A DNA stretch of 16,813 nucleotides from Candidatus Krumholzibacteriia bacterium. Its GTDB lineage: Bacteria > Krumholzibacteriota > Krumholzibacteriia > WVZY01. The notes under the pieces are model-generated. The model was not told where the DNA came from, made no database searches, and was given only the letters and a program-made list of their open reading frames with translations. Shown one piece after another: positions 1 to 8,531 of the stretch; within the stretch, counting starts at the first letter, position 1, and the number at the start of each line of letters is the position of its first letter. Both the position numbers and the translations under genes were made by a program. Where the stretch lies: NCBI GenBank assembly GCA_036478295.1, contig JAZGDW010000148.1, positions 1-16,813 on the forward strand, read 5' to 3'.

Positions 1-510
1 GACGAACTCCTCGTGCAGGGGACGATCACGCGACCTGCCGTTGCCGGATCGCTGCCGCGGTTCACCGTCCTCTTCGGATGGCGGCGCGGGCGCCACCGCA
101 CCCGTGACGCCGTCCCACGAAAGAACGAGCGACCCCTGGTCCCACGTCTCGCCGCTCCGTTCCTCCTCGTACTCGCTGACGATGGCGCCTTCGTGCCTAA
201 CGACCGGCGCGACATAGCTCGTCGGATAAACGAGGATGGAACTCAAACCCGGGAAGTAGTCGGTGTCACGGTGGAGAAGCAGAACGCACGCCTGGGCAGC
301 GATAGTGAGACGGATTTCATCGGTAATGGGGAGACCCGCGCAACCCTCGAAGCGCTTTTCATGGAGAAAAACATGTACGTGCCCGTGCAGCTCCTCCCGG
401 TCGGCTTTCGGCAGCCGTCGATACAGCGGCACGGTCTTCTCGAGAAGGTGCCGCCACCCATCGGGAAAAGGGCGGGCGCGGAGTTTTGCTCTGTCCTTTT
501 TCTTGCTCAT
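1..510 (-). CDS. Zinc-dependent peptidase, M90 (MtfA-like) family; 3' end runs off the window
   Basis: Manual translation from the ATG at 510 is open to base 1: MSKKKDRAKLRARPFPDGWRHLLEKTVPLYRRLP...FLHEKRFEGCAGLPITDEIRLTIAAQACVLLLHRDTDYFPGLSSILVYPTSY...GETWDQGSLVLSWDGV. EKxFEGCxGL, IAAQACxLLL, ILVYP and GExW..GxxVLSW are M90 hallmarks. The HEXXH motif is not inside the window. Confidence 0.9.
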   Translation of the reverse strand, partial: MSKKKDRAKLRARPFPDGWRHLLEKTVPLYRRLPKADREELHGHVHVFLHEKRFEGCAGLPITDEIRLTIAAQACVLLLHRDTDYFPGLSSILVYPTSYVAPVVRHEGAIVSEYEEERSGETWDQGSLVLSWDGVTGAVAPAPPSEEDGEPRQRSGNGRSRDRPLHEEFV

Positions 511-558
511 GGACTTCCCGGTGGTATTCGCGTGAGGAAAGGGACCACACTCAGCCAC

Positions 559-587
559 GTTGTAGCACGGAAGGCGTATTCTGTCAA
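559..587 (-). promoter_or_regulatory. Sigma70-type promoter for the M90 peptidase gene
   Basis: Minus strand TTGACA (587-582), 17-bp spacer, TACAAC (564-559), preceded by an extended TGn. Confidence 0.65.
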
Positions 588-752
588 AGAGGCACGTCGA
601 CCGCTTTGGAACCGACACAGCCCCCCGGCGTCGATCACGTTCATTCCGTACGGGACTCGGTTGGTTACTTGAGCGGTCACCATACCCGCCTCGCCGAGGA
701 CTACGACGCGCCCCTTGCCATAGTCTAGGGCTAAACCACGAACTTCCGGAAC

Positions 753-781
753 TTGACCGCCATTCTAACAAAGCGTATGGT
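753..781 (+). promoter_or_regulatory. Possible sigma70-type promoter for the 900..1442 gene
   Basis: TTGACC, 17 bp, TATGGT in an AT-richer intergenic stretch. Confidence 0.4.
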
Positions 782-899
782 GTCCATAAAAGAGTAGTTC
801 TATGATATGAACAGTGGGCGGCCGAACGATTGATCTCACGCGCGGCGATGAAGCATCTAGGTCTTACGCCAACCGCTTGAAATCGAGGGGAAGAGGATA

Positions 900-1442
900 A
901 TGCAGAGGTTCAATCTCGGTTGCCGCCTGGAACGCGGACCCGCTCCGGACTACTTTTTCAGCCTGCGTGCCCCGTATCCGCAACGGAAGATCCTGCTCGT
1001 CACCCTGGTTGTTTTTCTCCCATGGCTTTTCTCGTGCGCGAGCACATCTCCCGAAGATCAGATTCTTGCCTGGGTGGACCGCGCTGTGCAGCGCGCCGAG
1101 GAACGTGATCTGCCATCGATGATGGATCTTGTATCCGACAACTACAGCGATGATGAGGGCAGGGACAAGAAAGTCATCCGGGGACTACTCCTCTATTATT
1201 TTCGCAGCAATCGTTCTGTTTACGTCTGGAAAAAGGTCAAGAGCCTACAGGTCGCCGATTCCGAAACGGCACAGCTCACGCTGGCGGTGGTTCTGGCGGG
1301 AAAACCTTTTGCAGAAGATATGAACTTGACCAAGTTCCAAGCCGACATGCTCCGTTTCGATTTTGTACTGGGGAAAGACGGCCGCGACTGGCGGATGATC
1401 GAGGCCACGTGGAAACCCGTCAAGTTCACCGAGTTCTTGTGA
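900..1442 (+). CDS. Putative lipoprotein with an NTF2/SnoaL-like fold
   Basis: Purine-rich SD (GAGGGGAAGAGG) before the ATG. Hydrophobic stretch ending LFSC (lipobox-like). AEERDLPSMMDLVSDNY..G and C-terminal DGRDWRMIEA fit NTF2-like proteins. Start is uncertain because the N-region is long. Confidence 0.7.
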   Translation: MQRFNLGCRLERGPAPDYFFSLRAPYPQRKILLVTLVVFLPWLFSCASTSPEDQILAWVDRAVQRAEERDLPSMMDLVSDNYSDDEGRDKKVIRGLLLYYFRSNRSVYVWKKVKSLQVADSETAQLTLAVVLAGKPFAEDMNLTKFQADMLRFDFVLGKDGRDWRMIEATWKPVKFTEFL

Positions 1443-1454
1443 TCCGGGTCTTTC

Positions 1455-1937
1455 CTAGTCGCCTTCGAAAAACTCAACTTCCAGAACTTCGAATTTCTTC
1501 GATCCACGAGGTAGCTGGACATCGACAACATCGCCCTGTTTGTGACTGAGAAGCGCCTTTGCCAGGGGAGATTGATAACTGATGATGCCTTTGTCGATGT
1601 CGGTTTCGCCCTCGCCCAGGATCGTGTATTCACGCTCGTCACCCGAATCGACGTCCTTGATTTTTACTCGTTTCCCCAGCGTGATGACGTCAGGGGCGAG
1701 GTCTTCTTTTCGGACGATCCTGGCTTTGCGAAATCGTTCCTGGAGCTGACCCAGCCGGCCCATATGCAGCGCCTGTTTCTCTTTTGCCGCCGCGTATTCG
1801 GCGTTTTCCCGTAGGTCGCCATGCTCGCGAGCCGTCGCGATTTCTTTGGCGATATCTCGCTTGATAAACTTTTCCAGCTTATCGATTTCGTCTCTGATTT
1901 TTTGATAGCCTTTTTCGGTAAAATAATACTCGGTCAT
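1455..1937 (-). CDS. greA: Transcription elongation factor GreA (160 aa)
   Basis: From the ATG at 1937: MTEYYFTEKGYQKIRDEI...AREHGDLRENAEYAAAKE...ISYQSPLAKALL. The ORF-track extension to 2063 spans the predicted promoter. Confidence 0.97.
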   Translation of the reverse strand: MTEYYFTEKGYQKIRDEIDKLEKFIKRDIAKEIATAREHGDLRENAEYAAAKEKQALHMGRLGQLQERFRKARIVRKEDLAPDVITLGKRVKIKDVDSGDEREYTILGEGETDIDKGIISYQSPLAKALLSHKQGDVVDVQLPRGSKKFEVLEVEFFEGD

Positions 1938-1957
1938 TTGGTCTCTTTTCGGGTCTA

Positions 1958-1985
1958 ATCGTACTGGATTAAGCGGGCAGGTCAA
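1958..1985 (-). promoter_or_regulatory. Sigma70-type promoter for greA
   Basis: Minus strand TTGACC (1985-1980), 16-bp spacer, TACGAT (1963-1958). Confidence 0.55.
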
Positions 1986-2057
1986 TGATACCCGGCCCGC
2001 GACAATCTGACCAGAGTTTCCCGGCTCCACCCTCCGACCCGGGTGGGCGTGGTTGCA

Positions 2058-2073
2058 TGGCATAGATCTTGCA
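2058..2073 (+). promoter_or_regulatory. Sigma54 (RpoN) -24/-12 promoter
   Basis: TGGCATAGATCTTGCA is a near-consensus TGGCAC-N5-TTGCW with exact GG-N10-GC spacing, ~90 bp upstream of the 2161 ATG. Confidence 0.7.
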
Positions 2074-2160
2074 CCCCCAAGCCTTCCCTAAACCGTTTTG
2101 ATGGTTTCCGTTTGGCAGACGGGAGCCACCGTGCCCACAAGATTACCGAGGTAATGGATC

Positions 2161-2961
2161 ATGACTGTCGATACGCCAACGATGACGGACCCCACGACAA
2201 CGAGCGAGTATGCGAGACTCAACGATCAGGTACGACGGCTCCTGGACTTCAAGAAGAGCAACGTAAAGGGTCGCAATCGGACGCCTTGCCCGGAGTGCGC
2301 CACAGCGGTTGACATCAATGCCAACAAGTGCCCTCAGTGCGCTTCCGACATCGCCGATCATACGGCGAACGTCCGCGCACACCTGGCCGAGCTCGATATA
2401 ATCACGAACGAGCTCGATCAGCTCCACAGCAAGTACATGGAATATCGTCAAGAGGAAGCTGCGATGCAGCCGCTTGGCGAGAGACTGCGGCGTGTGATCT
2501 CCGCACCGCAGATGGCAGCCGGATTCAAGACGGTACTTCCTTCGTTCCTGCTTTTCTTTGCGTTCATCGCGACCCTCCGGATCATTGGAAACGGCCCGCT
2601 GTTCTGGGCGGGGTCGATTGCCGCCGGGTTCGTCGCGTACTCTCTTCTCAAGAAGTCGGCCTTCACGCACTACGTCACCGTGGAACTGTACCGGGCCGCG
2701 CTCATCGTCGGCCTCATTATCATGATGAGTGGTGCTGCCGCGGCCCCGCTCTCCGGCTGGTCGATGTTCTCTGGTAATAGTGTGAAAGTTGTGCGTCCCG
2801 TGGCAAACATTCGAGAGTCGGCAACGACCGATTCACGAATCGTCACCACCGCCAACCAGGGGGACAAACTCACGGTTCTCGAAAGACGTGGGGCATGGTA
2901 CAAAGTCAAGACGAGCAATGGGCAAACCGGCTGGGTGTACTCCTCGCTCGTCAAGGACTGA
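2161..2961 (+). CDS. Zn-ribbon / coiled-coil / 3-TM / C-terminal SH3b-domain membrane protein (paralog A)
   Basis: CPEC-x10-CPQC, a heptad-like segment, three hydrophobic stretches, and an SH3b pattern ANIRESATTDSRIVTT...GDKLTVLERRGAWYKVKTSNGQTGWVYSSLV. GAGG upstream. Confidence 0.85.
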   Translation: MTVDTPTMTDPTTTSEYARLNDQVRRLLDFKKSNVKGRNRTPCPECATAVDINANKCPQCASDIADHTANVRAHLAELDIITNELDQLHSKYMEYRQEEAAMQPLGERLRRVISAPQMAAGFKTVLPSFLLFFAFIATLRIIGNGPLFWAGSIAAGFVAYSLLKKSAFTHYVTVELYRAALIVGLIIMMSGAAAAPLSGWSMFSGNSVKVVRPVANIRESATTDSRIVTTANQGDKLTVLERRGAWYKVKTSNGQTGWVYSSLVKD

Positions 2962-3020
2962 CACTTTTCGAGCCGGGACTTGCTTGAGCCCGGCGCCTGT
3001 ATCGCCCGTCTGATTTCACC

Positions 3021-3053
3021 AGGCGCCCCGTCTTATCGGGGCGTCTTGTTTTT
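3021..3053 (+). terminator. Rho-independent terminator
   Basis: AGGCGCCCCG-tcttat-CGGGGCGTCT stem (one G-U pair) followed by TGTTTTT. Confidence 0.8.
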
Positions 3054-3132
3054 CGCCCGCAGGACGCTTTGCGCATGTCCTCCACTGTGCGAACGAGAAC
3101 GTCTCTGGTGGGTTCATCGCCCGCGCTTGAAG

Positions 3133-3148
3133 TGGTACATATATTGCG
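3133..3148 (+). promoter_or_regulatory. Sigma54 -24/-12 promoter
   Basis: TGGTACATATATTGCG with GG-N10-GC spacing, ~85 bp upstream of the 3232 ATG. Confidence 0.6.
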
Positions 3149-3231
3149 CACACTAGCGCCGGGACGCAATAGTGGCCATGATCTGTGCGTGAATTACGGT
3201 CGCCAACGCCAAACCGAAGTTAGGAGTCACA

Positions 3232-4080
3232 ATGTCACTACGCTCGGCGACAGGAGCTACCCTCCTGCTCACACTGCTGGCGCTTGCTGCGGCGCCGGCA
3301 TGGTCTGCAACCTGGTACATAAAATCCGATGGAACCGGCGACGCTCCAACCATACAGGCGGGTATTACCACGTCGACCAATGGCGACACGGTCCTCGTGG
3401 CGGCGGGTACCTACACCGGCGTGGGAAACATCAACATCGATTTCCTGGGCAAGGCCGTCGTTTTGATATCCGAGAGCGGTCCGGATTTGGCCACCATAGA
3501 CTGCCAGTCCAACGGACGCGGCATTCTTTTCCAGAACGGCGAAGGTCCGGCAAGCGTCCTGTCCGGGTTCACCATCGCCAACGCCCTGGAGACAGGTACT
3601 GGCGGCGCCATCTTCTGTAACGCTGCCTCTCCCGAGATAACCAACAATATCCTCATCAACAACGACGCGGGCACCGGCGCGGGAATCTTCCTCAAACAAA
3701 GCACCGCCGATGTCCACCACAACACCCTCTACGGCAACACGAGCGGCATCTTCATCCAGCAAAATGCGCCGACGGTCCATCACAATATCATCGTCTTCAG
3801 CACCGCCGGTGAGGGTGTTTCCTGTATCGGCGGCACCAGCGCCGTGCTGTCGTTCAACGATATTTTTGGAAACATCGGCGGCGATGCGTTGTGTGCCGTA
3901 GACGGCGGTGGCAACATATCCGCGGCCCCGGAGTTTTGCGGCATCCCCGGCAGCGACAACTTCTACCTCCAGGGCGACTCCCCCTGCGCACCCGAACAGA
4001 TGGGGGCACTGCCCGTCTTGTGTGCGACCACGCCTGTCGAGAAGAAGTCCTGGGGGGCCACCAAAGCCCTCTACCGCTGA
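3232..4080 (+). CDS. Secreted right-handed parallel beta-helix (pectin-lyase-like fold) protein with a conserved C-terminal WGxxKALY tail
   Basis: SD AGGAG. Signal peptide ending AWSA. DGTGDAPTIQAGI..GDTVLVAAGTY, GFTIxN, Asn-ladder repeats and GNISAAPEFC. Ends TPVEKKSWGATKALYR. Confidence 0.85.
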   Translation: MSLRSATGATLLLTLLALAAAPAWSATWYIKSDGTGDAPTIQAGITTSTNGDTVLVAAGTYTGVGNINIDFLGKAVVLISESGPDLATIDCQSNGRGILFQNGEGPASVLSGFTIANALETGTGGAIFCNAASPEITNNILINNDAGTGAGIFLKQSTADVHHNTLYGNTSGIFIQQNAPTVHHNIIVFSTAGEGVSCIGGTSAVLSFNDIFGNIGGDALCAVDGGGNISAAPEFCGIPGSDNFYLQGDSPCAPEQMGALPVLCATTPVEKKSWGATKALYR

Positions 4081-4149
4081 GAATCGGCGCCAAGCGCTGC
4101 CTCGTTGCAAACGTTGAATCGTCATGCTCCTGGTCAACCACTCCAGCTC

Positions 4150-4178
4150 TTCCCGTAAGAGCCATCATCGTCTACAAT
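4150..4178 (+). promoter_or_regulatory. Possible sigma70-type promoter for the helicase gene
   Basis: TTCCCG, 17 bp, TACAAT. The -10 box overlaps the ORF-track ATG at 4177, which argues for a downstream start. Confidence 0.4.
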
Positions 4179-4242
4179 GCATCAGCGCCGACCGCGCCCG
4201 AATATCGAACCTCCCCCCTTCCCGAAAGGTGAGCCTGGAACC

Positions 4243-5541
4243 TTGCAGAACAAAACCGACATCGAAATCACTGAAGAGTACCGGAAGGTAGAGGCCCTCA
4301 TCGCCGCTGATGAGCCGTTAATCTTCGTCACCGGCAAGGCCGGCACAGGCAAATCTACGCTCATCCAATACCTGCGCGACACCGTTCGCGCTGATTGCGT
4401 CGTCCTCGCCCCGACCGGCGTGGCCGCAATGAACATCCAGGGCGCGACGATCCACTCGTTCTTCCGGTTCCCGCCGCGAATGCTGACCGACGCGGACGCG
4501 ACCGAAGTGGCGTTTAAGAAGCCGTACAAAAAACTCCGCCTGTTGATCCTCGACGAAATCTCCATGGTCCGCGCCGATGTGCTCGACGCCGTGGATCGCT
4601 TTCTGCGTCTCAACGGCCCCGATCGCGACCGGCCTTTCGGCGGTGTTCAGTTGCTCATGATCGGAGATCTGCACCAGCTGCCGCCGGTCGTTTCCAACCA
4701 GGATGAACGGCAGCGATTCGACACCGAGTACGAGACGCCGTTCTTCTTCAGCAGCCGTGCGCTGGCCGGCATCGAAATCGCGGCGCTGGAGCTCACCAAA
4801 GTGTTTCGCCAGCAAGACCCGCACTTCATCGAACTGTTGAATCAGGTCCGCCTCGGCGCCCCCACGTCGGACGCGCTAGGCCAGATCAACACGCGGGTCA
4901 CGCCGCACGCGGATGCCAACCGCGAAACCGTTCTCGCCACAACCAATCTGATTGCGGATCGCATCAACAAGCGACACCTGGCCTCCCTACCGACGGTCCG
5001 GCGTTCGTACCACGGCGAAACGCTCGGACTCTTCCCGACCGTCAACGAGCGGCTTCCCTCACCCATGGAACTGATGCTCAAAAAAGACACACGGGTAATG
5101 TTCACGAAGAACGACAGCCAGGCGAGGTGGGTCAACGGCAGCCTGGGAACGGTAATGAAGATGCATGATCACACGGTCATGGTGGAATTGGATGAAACCG
5201 GCAAGAAAGTGGAAGTGACCGAGGCCACGTGGTCAACCTACAAATACGAATACGATGAAGACGAACAACGAAACGTCCCTGTCGTATCGGGCTCGTTTAC
5301 CCAGCTGCCCCTCACTTTCGCCTGGGCCATCACCATTCACAAGAGCCAGGGCAAAACGCTATCCGCCACCCGCATCGACCTGGGGCGCAGCGCGTTCGCA
5401 CCCGGCCAGGTGTATGTGGCCCTAAGTCGCTGCCGCCGGCTAAAAGACCTGTCGCTATCCCGCCAGATCTCTCCCCACGACGTGTTCTGCGACCAACGGG
5501 TGAAAGCGTTTTACGAATCTTTGTTTGCTGCCGCTCGCTAG
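4243..5541 (+). CDS. PIF1/RecD-like superfamily 1B DNA helicase
   Basis: Motifs GKAGTGKS (I), APTG (Ia), TIHSFF, DEISM (II), GDLHQLPPV (III), FRQ (IV), AITIHKSQG (V), YVALSR (VI). Start set at the in-frame TTG 4243 behind AAAGGTGAG; ATG 4177 is the alternative. Confidence 0.92.
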   Translation: MQNKTDIEITEEYRKVEALIAADEPLIFVTGKAGTGKSTLIQYLRDTVRADCVVLAPTGVAAMNIQGATIHSFFRFPPRMLTDADATEVAFKKPYKKLRLLILDEISMVRADVLDAVDRFLRLNGPDRDRPFGGVQLLMIGDLHQLPPVVSNQDERQRFDTEYETPFFFSSRALAGIEIAALELTKVFRQQDPHFIELLNQVRLGAPTSDALGQINTRVTPHADANRETVLATTNLIADRINKRHLASLPTVRRSYHGETLGLFPTVNERLPSPMELMLKKDTRVMFTKNDSQARWVNGSLGTVMKMHDHTVMVELDETGKKVEVTEATWSTYKYEYDEDEQRNVPVVSGSFTQLPLTFAWAITIHKSQGKTLSATRIDLGRSAFAPGQVYVALSRCRRLKDLSLSRQISPHDVFCDQRVKAFYESLFAAAR

Positions 5542-5700
5542 GACCGATGGCAGTGAGGTTGGCGAACTTTGTAAAGACTGAATCATGCACCCCGCGACCA
5601 CTTGATCCACGATCTCGACGTCGAGAACGACAAGCTGGCCCGGGAGATTGCCAAGAAGCCTTGGAAAAGACGGCCGCTCACTTCTGCGCGGCGCGTATTT

Positions 5701-5716
5701 CGGAACGAGAGTTGCT
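5701..5716 (+). promoter_or_regulatory. Possible sigma54 -24/-12 promoter
   Basis: CGGAACGAGAGTTGCT, GG-N10-GC. Predicted transcription start ~5727, just before ATG 5730, which has no SD. Confidence 0.4.
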
Positions 5717-5729
5717 TCACTTTAGCGCC

Positions 5730-6359
5730 ATGCCAAGCACACTCGTCATTGTCGCTATCGTCTTCGCCGCCTTGAGTTTGGGCTTGCTGATCGCCAGCCT
5801 CTCGGCCGGACGGAGGGGCCGGGCCGTTGGGGCGGTGTTCGGTATGCTGGCGGCCCTCCTTTTCCTGGCGCTTTCGGCACTCTGTGCGACCATAACGCTT
5901 GCGACCCAGGGCTACCGTGCTCTGACCCGTGAGGAGGTGGCGGCGAGGGTCACCGTCAACCGTCTCACCCCCAATCGATTCAGCGCCCGTTTCGCCTTTG
6001 CCGACGGTCGCGAGGAAGTCTTCACACTGGCCGGCGACGAATTCTACGTCGACGCCCACATCCTCAAATGGAAACCGGTCGTGAATGTTCTGGGCCTGCA
6101 CACGGTCTACGAACTCGACCGCGTCGCCGGACGCTACATAAAGGTGGAGGACGAACAATCTCTCAGGCGGACAGTCTACCCCCTCGCCCATGAGAAACCT
6201 CTCGACATGTACGACCTGCGCTCGCGCTTTGCGCTGTTCTCGCCACTCGTCGATGCGGAATACGGGTCGGCGACGTTCATCGCCGTGAAGGATTGGGCAG
6301 AATTCGAAGTCCGCGTGTCGACAACCGGCCTCTTGATACGGAAGGTCGACGGCGAGTAG
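5730..6359 (+). CDS. Hypothetical membrane protein (2 N-terminal TM helices plus a soluble beta-rich domain)
   Basis: From the ATG at 5730: two long hydrophobic segments, then YRALTREE...GDEFYVDAHILKWK..LGLHTVYELDRVAGRY...LVDAEYGSATF. The ORF-track extension to 5547 looks non-coding. Confidence 0.75.
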   Translation: MPSTLVIVAIVFAALSLGLLIASLSAGRRGRAVGAVFGMLAALLFLALSALCATITLATQGYRALTREEVAARVTVNRLTPNRFSARFAFADGREEVFTLAGDEFYVDAHILKWKPVVNVLGLHTVYELDRVAGRYIKVEDEQSLRRTVYPLAHEKPLDMYDLRSRFALFSPLVDAEYGSATFIAVKDWAEFEVRVSTTGLLIRKVDGE

Positions 6360-6447
6360 CCGCGAACGCCGCACTAAGAGAAACGCCGCCAACACCGAAG
6401 CAATCGTTGTTCCCCGTGACGGTCAACGGGTGCCCGCGTCGTTCTCG

Positions 6448-6972
6448 CTAATCTCTCAGGAAATGACAGTGGTAGCCGCCGGGGTTTTTCTGCAGATAAT
6501 CCTGGTGGTACTGCTCCGCCGAATAGAACGGCCCCGCTGGTACGACTTCCGTCACAACCGCATCCGGCCATTTACCGGAACGGTCAACGCGGTTTTTTAC
6601 TTTGAGTGCGGTGTCTTTTTGCTCTTCGCTCCGGTAGAAGATCGCCGACCGATACTGGGTACCGCGGTCGTTTCCCTGCCGGTTTTTCGTGGTCGGGTCG
6701 TGGAGCCTGAAGAAGTAGTCCAGCACTTGCTCGTACGAGATCTTCCCGGGATCGAACACGACCTGCACCGCCTCTGCATGCCCGGTGTCTCCCGTTATCA
6801 CGTCCTCGTAGGTGGGATCGCGAAAGGAACCCCCCGCATACCCGACCTCAGTATCGAGGACGCCGTTGATCTCGCGGAAGATGCCTTCGACCCCCCAGAA
6901 GCAGCCGGCAGCGAGGATCGCGACCTCGGTCCTCTCGCCGTCGGGCGTCGTATTGCTCTTGTCGTTCGTCAT
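6448..6972 (-). CDS. msrA: Peptide-methionine (S)-S-oxide reductase MsrA
   Basis: Catalytic GCFWG, PTYEDV, TGHAEAV, HDPT..NRQGND.GTQYRSAIF, AEQYHQDYL.KNPGGYHCH. GAGAGG upstream. Confidence 0.97.
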   Translation of the reverse strand: MTNDKSNTTPDGERTEVAILAAGCFWGVEGIFREINGVLDTEVGYAGGSFRDPTYEDVITGDTGHAEAVQVVFDPGKISYEQVLDYFFRLHDPTTKNRQGNDRGTQYRSAIFYRSEEQKDTALKVKNRVDRSGKWPDAVVTEVVPAGPFYSAEQYHQDYLQKNPGGYHCHFLRD

Positions 6973-7005
6973 GTTCGCCCGGCCTCTCTATCGAAACAGT
7001 GCCAG

Positions 7006-7032
7006 ATTATACTGCATCTTGACATTTGTCAA
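7006..7032 (-). promoter_or_regulatory. msrA promoter overlapped by the palindrome TTGAC-N4-GTCAA
   Basis: Minus strand TTGACA (7032-7027), 15-bp spacer, TATAAT (7011-7006). 7019-7032 reads TTGACATTTGTCAA. Confidence 0.65.
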
Positions 7033-7089
7033 TTATGGCGGCCGGCAGTACGAGCGCGGCACAGGTGGCGCCTTGCGCGATCCGCTACA

Positions 7090-7231
7090 CCACTCCCGTG
7101 CGGGACCAACTTTCGGTGGTGAAACCAGCCGCCACTCCCGCAGCGGGACCAACTTTCGGTGGTGAAAGCAGCCGCCCCTCCCACAGCGGGAGCGCGCTGC
7201 CTTAGAAACGACAGGCCACTCCCGCTGCGGG
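7090..7231. repeat. Intergenic tandem repeat, period 41-43 bp, with a hairpin core
   Basis: Cores at 7090 (CCACTCCCGTGCGGG), 7132 (CCACTCCCGCAGCGGG), 7175 (CCCCTCCCACAGCGGG) and 7216 (CCACTCCCGCTGCGGG). Units 1 and 2 also share ACCAACTTTCGGTGGTGAAA(C/G)CAGCCG. Confidence 0.85.
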
Positions 7232-7277
7232 TTATCCGATCGTAGTCACCAGCGTATCACGACGGTTTCTACGATCA

Positions 7278-8531
7278 TTACGGCGTCAAACAGCTCTCGT
7301 TGACGCGATAACTGTTGCGACCGTTCGTAGAGACCATCAACGACGTCAACACCCGCTCCACACCTCCATCCTGCGGTGCGATCTGCTTGGTGCTGAACAT
7401 CACACTCTCCATGTCGCCGCTGATCAGGCCTTCTTGAAAGTCGATCGTGCGCACTTGAAACGACTCGCCTATGGGCACAGGCGGCTGCTGCGTGATGTCC
7501 AGCGGTGTCGCCGTCAGGTGCCCCGAAATCCGCGAGTGGTAGAGATAGTGGCCCGATGGGTTGACCCCCGCGGTCTTGCTGAGCTCCACCGGTCCCTGTA
7601 CGAGAAAGAAATCGGAGGGGCCGCCGATGCAAAACGGCTTGGGGATGACCTGGTTGAACTCGATGACGAGCGACTCGGTTGTTTCCGCCGCCATCACCGG
7701 TGTACTACCCACAAGATGCAGAATCGTCGCCGTGCCAGCGGATGGAATCGGCACCGCGGGATCCATCGTGGAACCTGGCGGTAGTCCACACGCCACCTTG
7801 AGAGCGTCCGGCACCCCGTTGTATATGGCCGCCGGGATACTCCGGTAGGTCGGCGTTTCGTTGATGATACCAGTGGCCGCCGGTGGCACGGGGTCAATCA
7901 GCCCGCTTCGGATCATGTCCACAATGACGAGCTGCTCGGCCAGTTGCCAACAGATGACCTGGTGCTCGGGCGTGCCCGGGATCGCTATCTCGAAATGCGC
8001 GCCGCCAAGCGTCCACGTGCCATCTGTCCCGAAGCGTTGCCCCGAGGAAAAGAAGCGCAAGTGCACGCGAACGGGCGCGTAGGATCCCAGTTGCAACTGA
8101 ACAACGCTCCCGGACCAGCCGCCACCTTCGCTGTATGCGGTCTGGACATTTCCGATGGCTTCGGACCACGTCGCATTAAACGGATGCGTGTTCGGAAAAC
8201 CGAACGCTGTCCGGTCCCCGTCGAGCGCCATCAGCGCCGCCCGGATCTGGAGCGGTTCGGCCTCACCCACAAAGATGAGATTGATCGGATCCTTCGGAAC
8301 TCCGCCGAAATCCGTCCCCGTGTAGGGCCAGAAGCTCAACTGCTCCCCTGCCCAGGTGACTTCGACGAGTCCTGGTGGCGGATCCGAGGTATTCTTCGAC
8401 AGTGTTACGACACCGAGTTCACCGGCGGACGGCTCCTCGCCCACGGCGGGGTTGTCGCCGGAACACCCTCCCAGTGCGATCGCCGCACCGCTGAACACGA
8501 TGAGAATGGCAGAAAACGGATTAACACGCAT
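7278..8531 (-). CDS. Hypothetical lipoprotein (417 aa)
   Basis: Strong SD AAGGAGG. Signal peptide with lipobox LGGC. Globular, Gly/Pro/beta-rich mature part; no family confidently recognised. Confidence 0.8.
   Translation of the reverse strand: MRVNPFSAILIVFSGAAIALGGCSGDNPAVGEEPSAGELGVVTLSKNTSDPPPGLVEVTWAGEQLSFWPYTGTDFGGVPKDPINLIFVGEAEPLQIRAALMALDGDRTAFGFPNTHPFNATWSEAIGNVQTAYSEGGGWSGSVVQLQLGSYAPVRVHLRFFSSGQRFGTDGTWTLGGAHFEIAIPGTPEHQVICWQLAEQLVIVDMIRSGLIDPVPPAATGIINETPTYRSIPAAIYNGVPDALKVACGLPPGSTMDPAVPIPSAGTATILHLVGSTPVMAAETTESLVIEFNQVIPKPFCIGGPSDFFLVQGPVELSKTAGVNPSGHYLYHSRISGHLTATPLDITQQPPVPIGESFQVRTIDFQEGLISGDMESVMFSTKQIAPQDGGVERVLTSLMVSTNGRNSYRVNESCLTP

Noticed and set aside
13..672. 219-aa plus-strand ORF
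   Set aside because: Antisense shadow of the M90 peptidase gene on the minus strand, which carries clear family motifs.
3238..4137. 299-aa minus-strand ORF, and similar long antisense ORFs at 5583..6395, 6430..7122, 7944..8555, 13024..13638 and 15677..16504
   Set aside because: GC-rich antisense shadows of well-supported genes, with no recognisable motifs.
4243..5541. Helicase as part of a defence system or mobile element
   Set aside because: It is a stand-alone gene with no adjacent nuclease, integrase, transposase or terminal repeats, and no obvious compositional shift.
7090..7231. CRISPR array (the CCCGCnGCGGG core recalls type I-E repeats)
   Set aside because: The core is only ~16 bp, the period is ~42 bp, two of three linkers are nearly identical, and there are no cas genes in the window.
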